A DNA stretch of 64,000 nucleotides from a candidate division WWE3 bacterium UBA1401 (GTDB lineage: Bacteria; Patescibacteriota; WWE3; UBA101185; UBA10185), in the NCBI GenBank assembly GCA_002305115.1, contig DBQF01000001.1, forward strand, positions 373,767-437,766. Direction: 5' to 3'. The notes under the pieces are model-generated. The model saw only the letters and a list, made by a program, of their open reading frames with translations. It was not told where the DNA came from and did no database searches. Within the stretch, counting starts at the first letter, position 1. Every line of letters starts with the position of its first letter. Of this stretch, positions 59,619 through 64,000 are shown piece by piece. A program made the translations under genes and the position numbers.

Positions 59619-61922
59619 ATGAGTAAGAAAACTGCCCGTATACTCTGGTTTAAAGAGGTTCGCAAGACTGATATTCCCCTGGTAGGTGGTAAGGGTGCAA
59701 ACTTAGGAGAAATGTATGTCAACGACATTCCCGTACCTAATGGCTTTATAGTAACAGCTAAGGCTTATTTTGACTTTGTAGAGAGTACTTCCTTAAGGCA
59801 GAAAATTTTGACTGAACTTTCCAGTTTGGATGTTAACAATTCCGCCAAATTACAAAAAGCTTCTAAAAATATTCAAACGGCAATTTTAGCTGCAAAAATG
59901 CTTCCGGATTTGGAAGAAGAAATAAAACTAACTTATCATAAACTCTGTGGTGAACACGATAAGCTTGTGGCAGTACGATCCTCTGCTACGGCTGAAGATC
60001 TTCCTGATGCTTCATTTGCTGGCCAGCAGGAAACTTATCTAAACATTAAAGGTTATAAAGATGTAGTAAAGCACGTACAAAAATGTTGGGCGTCTTTATT
60101 TGAACCCCGCGCAATATTCTATCGAACTGAGAAGGGGTTTGGTCATCTAAAAGTGGGTATTGCTGTGCCGGTTCAGCTGATGGTGCAATCAGAAGTCTCA
60201 GGGATTATGTTTACAGTTAACCCTGTAACTAATAATCGGGATGATGTGTCTATTGAAGCAGCCTTTGGGTTAGGCCAGCCTATAGTTTCCGGTGAGCTTA
60301 CACCAGATCAGTATATTGTGGGTAAAAAATCAGGAAAGATTATTTCTAGGCACATTGAGAAGCAAACCTGGCAGTTAACCCAGTCAGGTAAGACTCCTAT
60401 TTCCAAGGCTTATCAAGAAAGGCAAAAGCTAAGTGACACTTATATCAAGGCTTTGGCGCAAATTGGCATGCAGGTGGAAAAACACTATGGTGGTCTGCCA
60501 CAGGATATTGAATGGGGCTTAGAGGGTAGAAAACTGTATATTGTGCAGTCCCGTCCAGTTACTACACTAAAAGAACATCACGAGGATGTTGAGATAGTGG
60601 TTGATACTTCCAAATCCCCTAAGGTTTTATTAGAAGGTCTTGCCGCTTCCCCGGGTGTGGCCAGTGGCCCGGTAAAAATTGTTAATAAGCCTTCCGAGAT
60701 AACTAAGGTAAAAATGGGTGATGTACTTGTGGCTGTTATGACTAATCCGGATTATGTTCCTGCTATGAAGAGAGCTGCCGCTATTTTGACTGATGAAGGA
60801 GGCAGAACTTCTCACGCAGCTATTGTCAGTAGAGAACTTGGGTTGCCTGCAGTAGTTGGGTCTGACTCAGCTACAAAAATGCTAGCTGATGGTGAAGTAA
60901 TTACGGTTGATGGTGCCAGAGGTAAAGTTTATGAAGGGGATGTAACAAAAAAGCAAAAAGTAGATAAGCAGGATGCATTACCTGATGGTGCCAAAACTGC
61001 CACGAGAATTTATATGAATTTAGCGGAGCCTGAATTGGCAGCAGAAATGGCTGAACGTGATGTTGATGGTGTGGGCTTGTTGCGTGCCGAGTTTATTATT
61101 GCCCAAATGGGGGCCCACCCAAGAAAATTTATTAAAGACAAAAAAGAAAAGGTATTTATTAAAAGTTTGTCAGATAACTTGGCTAAATTTGCCGAGGCTT
61201 TTGACCCCCGACCGGTTGTATATAGATTTACGGATTTTAAAACTAACGAGTATGCTTCGTTAAAAGGTGGTCGCGAATTTGAGAAAGATGAACCCAACCC
61301 GATGATTGGATTTAGAGGTGTGAGCAGATATATTGTAGATGAACGAGTGTTTAAGATGGAAATCGAAGCAATTAAGCACGTCCGTAATAAGCTTGGTTTT
61401 AAGAATTTACATGTTATGCTGCCATTTGTGCGAACTGTTGATGAACTTAGAGAGGTCAAAAAACTTATGGCAGCCAATGGTTTGCGTAGAAGTGGCCTGT
61501 TTAATGTGTGGATGATGGTAGAAATTCCTTCCAATGTTATTTTACTAGAAGACTTTATTGCTGAAGGTATTGATGGGGTGTCAATTGGCACTAATGATCT
61601 GACCATGCTTACTTTAGGTGTTGATAGAGATAATCCAAAAGTAGCTGGTATTTATAATGAAATGAATCCTGCGGTGCTTGCCAGTCTGGAAAAAATTGTT
61701 ACGACCTGCAGAAAGCACAAAATTACCAGTTCTGTTTGTGGTCAGGCTCCTTCAGAATACCCGGATATGGTGAGAATGTTGGTTGACTGGGGGGTGACGT
61801 CGGTTTCTGTTAGCCCTGATGTTTTAGCTAAGACCAGAAAGATAGTATACGATGCAGAAAAAAATCTTATCGCCAGTTCCCGAACAAGTGCTAAAACAAA
61901 AAGAAGACTTGTAGTAAAATAG
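59619..61922 (+). CDS. ppsA: phosphoenolpyruvate synthase (pyruvate, water dikinase)
   Basis: VGGKGANLGEM, the phospho-His region GGRTSHAAIVSRELGLPAVVG, and the PEP-utilising C-domain motif SIGTNDLTMLTLGVDR, in a 767 aa protein. Confidence 0.88.
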   Translation: MSKKTARILWFKEVRKTDIPLVGGKGANLGEMYVNDIPVPNGFIVTAKAYFDFVESTSLRQKILTELSSLDVNNSAKLQKASKNIQTAILAAKMLPDLEEEIKLTYHKLCGEHDKLVAVRSSATAEDLPDASFAGQQETYLNIKGYKDVVKHVQKCWASLFEPRAIFYRTEKGFGHLKVGIAVPVQLMVQSEVSGIMFTVNPVTNNRDDVSIEAAFGLGQPIVSGELTPDQYIVGKKSGKIISRHIEKQTWQLTQSGKTPISKAYQERQKLSDTYIKALAQIGMQVEKHYGGLPQDIEWGLEGRKLYIVQSRPVTTLKEHHEDVEIVVDTSKSPKVLLEGLAASPGVASGPVKIVNKPSEITKVKMGDVLVAVMTNPDYVPAMKRAAAILTDEGGRTSHAAIVSRELGLPAVVGSDSATKMLADGEVITVDGARGKVYEGDVTKKQKVDKQDALPDGAKTATRIYMNLAEPELAAEMAERDVDGVGLLRAEFIIAQMGAHPRKFIKDKKEKVFIKSLSDNLAKFAEAFDPRPVVYRFTDFKTNEYASLKGGREFEKDEPNPMIGFRGVSRYIVDERVFKMEIEAIKHVRNKLGFKNLHVMLPFVRTVDELREVKKLMAANGLRRSGLFNVWMMVEIPSNVILLEDFIAEGIDGVSIGTNDLTMLTLGVDRDNPKVAGIYNEMNPAVLASLEKIVTTCRKHKITSSVCGQAPSEYPDMVRMLVDWGVTSVSVSPDVLAKTRKIVYDAEKNLIASSRTSAKTKRRLVVK

Positions 61923-61967
61923 ACAGTCTTCTTGATTCTCTAGTATAAATTTTATTTGGAATAACTT

Positions 61968-63188
61968 ATGTCTACTATAAAAGATATTAAAGCGTATAAA
62001 ATTGTTAATTCCCGTGGTAATTGGACTATTTCAACTAGAGTTACTTTGGACGATGGCAGCTTTGGTGTGCAGTCTGTGCCTGAAGGTGCATCAAAGGGCG
62101 AAAATGAAGCTATTTCCGTTTCTGCAGATCAGGCTGCTAGCAATGTAAATTCGCAGATTAAAAATGTTTTGGTGGGTAAAGACCCTTTTGATCAGGCTGA
62201 TGTTGACGATACCCTCATAAGTCTGGATGGTACCAATAACAAGAGTAACCTGGGCTGCAATGCTATCTTGTCTGTATCACTTGCAGTCGCTAGAGCTGCT
62301 GCTTCTTCCCGTGAACAGGAATTATATGAATATCTGAAAGCTTTGTATGGTAATGATGCAGAACTGAAGTTTCCTACGCCTGTTTTTAATATTCTAAATG
62401 GTGGTAAACATGCGCAAAACGGACTGTCTTTCCAAGAGTTTATGCTTATTCCTGCTAAAACTATGCCTTATGATAAAGCAGTTCAAGCAGGAATGGATGT
62501 ATATCATCAGCTAAAGAGTGATCTTAAGGAAAATGGGTTTAATACAGGTGTTGGAGATGAAGGTGGTTTTGCGCCTTCCGGATTTACCGTAGAACGCGCG
62601 TTATCTTTTATAACCAATGCTGCTAATGAGCATTACCAAGTAGGAGACAATGTATTTTTGGGAATGGATGTGGCTGCCGAATCTTTTTACAAAGATGGTA
62701 AGTATGAAATTTCTGAGGAGAGTAAGGTGCTTTCTTCTGAAGAATTAGCTAACTTTTATGTACAACTGGTTAAGCAGTTTGCCATTATGTATTTGGAAGA
62801 TGGGTTTTATGAAAATGATAAACTTGGTTGGAAAGCATTAACTGAAGCTTTTACCGATAAGTTGCTTATAGTAGGAGATGATTTAGTGGTGACTAATCCA
62901 AGTTTATTAGATAGTGCTATTGAAGAGAACTTGGCGAATGCGGTGATTGTCAAGCCCAATCAGATAGGAACATTATCTGAGACATTGGAGTTTGTGCGTA
63001 AGGCACAAGATAATAATATGGCTGTTGTGGTTTCGCACAGGAGTGGTGAAACGGCAGAGGATACGTTTATTGCAGATTTGGCTTTAGCAGTAGGGGCTGA
63101 TTTTATTAAAACAGGTGCTCCGGCAAGAGGGGAAAGGGTTGTGAAGTATAATAGGCTGCTTGAGGTTTTCTATAGCGTAAACGAGTAG
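61968..63188 (+). CDS. eno: enolase (divergent, short form)
   Basis: SRGNWT, GDEGGFAP, VGDDLVVTNP, KPNQIGTLSE and SHRSGETAEDTFIADLA motifs, in a 406 aa protein. Confidence 0.9.
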   Translation: MSTIKDIKAYKIVNSRGNWTISTRVTLDDGSFGVQSVPEGASKGENEAISVSADQAASNVNSQIKNVLVGKDPFDQADVDDTLISLDGTNNKSNLGCNAILSVSLAVARAAASSREQELYEYLKALYGNDAELKFPTPVFNILNGGKHAQNGLSFQEFMLIPAKTMPYDKAVQAGMDVYHQLKSDLKENGFNTGVGDEGGFAPSGFTVERALSFITNAANEHYQVGDNVFLGMDVAAESFYKDGKYEISEESKVLSSEELANFYVQLVKQFAIMYLEDGFYENDKLGWKALTEAFTDKLLIVGDDLVVTNPSLLDSAIEENLANAVIVKPNQIGTLSETLEFVRKAQDNNMAVVVSHRSGETAEDTFIADLALAVGADFIKTGAPARGERVVKYNRLLEVFYSVNE

Positions 63189-63205
63189 GTTTTTGAAAAG
63201 ACGAA

Positions 63206-63244
63206 ACCGCCGGAAGGTCGTATTGCTACGTGCCTAACGGCGGT
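63206..63244. terminator. imperfect hairpin between convergent eno and the minus-strand membrane-protein gene (possible bidirectional terminator)
   Basis: ACCGCCG (63206-12) pairs with CGGCGGT (63238-44). The 25-nt interior has further partial pairing (AGGTCGT/ACGTGCCT). The hairpin is followed by CTTTGGTT. Confidence 0.35.
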
Positions 63245-63250
63245 CTTTGG

Positions 63251-63592
63251 TTAGTTCTCCATCCCTCCCAGAGATTTGTAGTTGTCAGGAAATTCCCTGA
63301 TGCCTTTCATATGGAAGAGCAGATTGGTTACTCCTTTAAAGTATTCGTACAGGCTTGTTAATATTGCCGTCAGTGTGGCGAGTATACCCAAGGTGGCTAG
63401 ACCTGGAACGTTCGCCCATATGGCCAATAATGTCAGCACAAGATTGGCTAGACAGATCAGGGTAACCAATATGGCATACCCGCATGGCATGATCAGGTAA
63501 AAGGCGTATCCTCGGACCGGTACAACCCGATGTATTACCCATGCATGCATAGGAGGTGCTGCTACCTCCGCCCTTGCAACGAATTCGAACAT
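63251..63592 (-). CDS. hypothetical small membrane protein, somewhat GC-richer than neighbours
   Basis: 113 aa with two or three hydrophobic segments. On the minus strand, SD AAGGGAG lies 8 nt before the ATG. No family was recognised. Confidence 0.5.
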   Translation of the reverse strand: MFEFVARAEVAAPPMHAWVIHRVVPVRGYAFYLIMPCGYAILVTLICLANLVLTLLAIWANVPGLATLGILATLTAILTSLYEYFKGVTNLLFHMKGIREFPDNYKSLGGMEN

Positions 63593-63720
63593 GATTTTTA
63601 TCTCCCTTGTTGTGTTGTCAAACTGGTGGAACTATATCAGATTTGTATACTTGCATCAAGGACTATAGGACAATGCGCCATGAAATTTATGTATGTTGTC
63701 TAATATATGGTGTCAGGTGG

Positions 63721-63726
63721 TATTAT
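63721..63726 (+). promoter_or_regulatory. -10-like TATTAT box 6 nt upstream of ATG 63733
   Basis: Sequence reads TTGTCT, 19 nt, TATTATgtacgcATG. Confidence 0.35.
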
Positions 63727-63732
63727 GTACGC

Positions 63733-64000
63733 ATGATAAAAAACAGCCTTCCTTCTCATATCTTCCGTGGTTATGACATCCGGGGTATTGCTGACACTGA
63801 ACTTACTGATGAAAATGTTCGACTTATAATAAAAGCATACGCAACCTTTCTGTACCAAAGACAAATTAGAGATGTTGTGGTTGGCCATGACGCTCGTTTA
63901 ACCTCTCCTAGGATTCATAAAGTGGTAATAGACCAACTGGTGGATTGTGGCTTTAGAGTTAAGAATATAGGCCTAGCTCTAACACCTACAACCTATTGGG
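63733..64000 (+). CDS. phosphomannomutase/phosphoglucomutase (alpha-D-phosphohexomutase family), 3' end outside window
   Basis: My own translation from ATG 63733 is MIKNSLPSHIFRGYDIRGIADTELTDENVRLIIKAYATFL...VVVGHDARLTSP...GLALTPTTYW, which is open to the window end. It is absent from the ORF track because it has no stop. The antisense track ORF 63700..63888 is rejected. Confidence 0.8.
   Translation, partial: MIKNSLPSHIFRGYDIRGIADTELTDENVRLIIKAYATFLYQRQIRDVVVGHDARLTSPRIHKVVIDQLVDCGFRVKNIGLALTPTTYW

Noticed and set aside
61010-61606. 198-aa antisense ORF inside ppsA
   Set aside because: ppsA on the plus strand is continuous with all PEP-synthase signatures. The antisense product is Ser/Leu/Ile-rich and low in complexity.
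63700-63888. 62-aa minus-strand ORF at the right edge
   Set aside because: It is antisense to the clearly recognisable PMM/PGM N-terminus (IFRGYDIRG...GHDAR), which starts at 63733.
1-64000. Alternative genetic code (UGA recoding, as in some candidate-phylum bacteria), CRISPR arrays, tRNA/rRNA genes, and classical defence systems (restriction-modification, toxin-antitoxin)
   Set aside because: TGA functions as a stop, for example at the ATGA junctions at 3494, 16229, 21257, 37094, 38212 and 44669. By eye there are no short regularly spaced repeats, no tRNA-like GTTCGAATC T-arm motifs, and no nuclease, methylase or toxin-antitoxin signatures. This cannot be excluded without tRNAscan, Rfam or HMM searches.

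Overview
This is a low-GC window with tightly packed, often overlapping genes read with the standard code (TGA is a stop). That style fits a small-genome bacterium, possibly CPR/Patescibacteria-like, but this is an inference. All family calls rest on motifs read by eye and recalled from memory; no searches were run.

Nt 1-47266 form one very large envelope-glycosylation supercluster of about 38 genes:
- 5 GT2 and 7 GT4 domains, and one initiating phosphoglycosyl transferase
- 3 Wzx-type flippase candidates plus one LPG_synthase_TM-type candidate
- a Wzy_C/O-antigen-ligase domain fused to an ArnT-like domain
- GalE, three methyltransferases and a sulfotransferase
- a ferredoxin paired with a B12-radical-SAM enzyme
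- about ten large polytopic proteins with a GT-C layout (ArnT/PMT-like, DUF2079-like, AftD-like), which is the most unusual feature

The right part of the window is housekeeping: recO, a small ORF plus dinB, an IS200/IS605-type tnpA beside a GC-rich orphan secreted-protein gene, glyQS, a frameshifted GNAT, mraZ-rsmH-ftsL-ftsI, yraN, an LCP ligase, a receiver/histidine-kinase pair, ppsA, eno and a truncated PMM/PGM.

Sequence-level observations:
- four 10-nt-phased TGGTN repeats directly upstream of mraZ
- -10-like boxes 6-7 nt upstream of the ATG of most operon-first genes, suggesting leaderless mRNAs
- a GC-rich multi-hairpin element in a divergent promoter
- an unlisted 55-aa membrane micro-ORF
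- a Tyr-to-Phe change in the YxxxK motif of an epimerase-GT4 fusion
- a Cx4Cx2C cysteine triad in the radical-SAM protein
- three compositionally deviant orphan genes

No tRNA, rRNA or CRISPR array was seen.
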